Program-made: the position numbers and the translations under genes
Assembly: GCA_053919585.1 (NCBI GenBank)
Contig: CM132816.1
Source: Euprymna scolopes
Lineage: Eukaryota
DNA length: 64,000 bases
Strand: one strand, 5' to 3'
Part shown: positions 62,313-64,000 of the stretch, piece after piece
How positions within the stretch are numbered: the first letter of the stretch is position 1
Layout of the letters: every line of letters starts with the position of its first letter
The notes under the pieces: model-generated
The model's database searches: none
What the model was told of the DNA's origin: nothing
Seen by the model: only the letters and a program-made list of their open reading frames with translations

Positions 62313-63104
62313 CGAGATTTTTTGTATACGCACATAAACACATGTATATATATAAAAGTTTTCATTAGCATTGAGTTATGTTTCTATTAAGGATTGCCCA
62401 AAGCAAAGATAAACGATTAATATTATAGCGTATTTTGCCATTGGTGAAAAATGTGTAAGCAAAACAAACATTTTTGGCGCCACGTTAATCAAAGCTTGAA
62501 TTACTGAAACTAATATTACTTTCTCTAGATTAATTCCATTTCACAATACTGGATATTAAAATGTGGCCATACATCTCCGCTGCAGTAAGTCACGATTATA
62601 TTTTTTTTAGTATTTGTCTAAAGGTCCAAGTTTCTGTCTAGAATGCATACGTGTTCTTTTTTTTTATTTTGATCACTTCGTGTGTCAGACCAGAATTTGA
62701 AATATAACTTCAGTTGATTATTATTTGTAATCTTATCTTTAGGATACCTGCACTTTCTTTTGTTCTACTGGCAGCGTTGTTTTATCTCTATACAAATATA
62801 GTAAAGTACATATGTTTATAAAGTCATATTTATAGGGCTCACTTATAAAATATTGACCGATTTTTCAGCTGTAAGTATTAACAGTAAGTAAATAACACGG
62901 AGTTTTTATTTTTTTACTGAATAAAGTAATTAATATGGGGGTTCCATTGATATTCCATTGCTTTTTAGTTTCACCAATCTCGAAGTTCGCACTACTCTCC
63001 TCACTATTGCACTAGAATGCTTAGCAGTAATCCCGTACATTTTCTATGATTTAAGCTGACGTTGGTGATTCTAGTATATTATGGTATACTATTATTATTA
63101 TCAC

Positions 63105-63147
<43 letters not shown>

Positions 63148-63289
63148 AAATGAATTTAATCGTTGTGTCATTTTAAAATTTAATGTATAAGTTTAAGAAG
63201 CCTATACGACCAAGAATCATGTTTTTAAATAGTAATTAATACTGTAGTAATTTCTGCACTGTGTTGTCTACGAGAATTTATGGATAGCA

Positions 63290-63358
<69 letters not shown>

Positions 63359-64000
63359 CGCTCTTGGATTTAAGATGAGATTGAAGAAGAGTTTTTTGGA
63401 GAATGATCGCATATCTTTACAGATGGTCGTTTTCAAACAAGAATTACTATTTTTATTATTATACTCATTATTATTCATTTATTATAAGTGTATATTATTG
63501 CTATTGTAATTATTATATTTTATTAGTAGTAATTAACTAGGAGCAGATGAATTTGTAATAGTAGTAATAATAATATAAGCATCATCAAGACTGAAATAGA
63601 CACTGGTTAAAATACGTGGTCGTCAATAATTAAGCATTGCATTTCCTTTCCTTACGGTCAATGTCGATGTCGAATACGTCGTCTATTAGATGACTTCAAC
63701 CTGTCTACCTTCATCGCCCACTTTCTCGTAGTAATTAGGCAGCATCGATCTGCAAGTGGATCGATACGCTAATTGCCCGATTGCCAGAGCAGGTGGACCG
63801 TCAGACAGCGTATGTGAAAAGTGATTGAAATATCGGCATCAATCGATGAAATGCCTCGGCCGATTGGAAGCGTATCGATCTACCCGGGGTAAAAAAAGGC
63901 AGAAGTCTCAGTTGAGTTTCAAAAGAAACAAGCACGACTTTTCCTTAGATGCGTCCATTAAACATGTTTGTTGAACGTTAATAATGCTCGATGCACCATC

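Overview
AT-rich animal (invertebrate-like) genomic DNA from a draft assembly with nine N-gaps. I could not support any intact host protein-coding gene, rRNA or functional tRNA, so the window reads as intronic or intergenic. It is dominated by decayed mobile elements. These include two Hsmar1-like mariner relics, Tc1 and other Tc1/mariner relics, piggyBac and hAT relics, about seven pieces of one CR1/L2-group LINE family (one near-full APE+RT ORF), several Penelope-like element (PLE) pieces, Helitron-like termini, a foldback MITE and many (TA)n/(CA)n/(ATT)n microsatellites. Two features stand out. (1) About eight type I hammerhead-ribozyme (HHR) motifs occur. Two pairs of them form the outer ends of spacer-less head-to-head palindromes: a 325-bp one at 4661-4985, where each arm is a tRNA-like head plus an HHR, and a ~2.85-kb one at 36830-39675. 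(2) A ~4.85-kb satellite of 19-bp monomers (52444-57297) contains nine copies of an exact 209-bp (11-mer) higher-order repeat and a larger ~850-970-bp duplication. All family assignments come from motif recognition by eye, not database searches.
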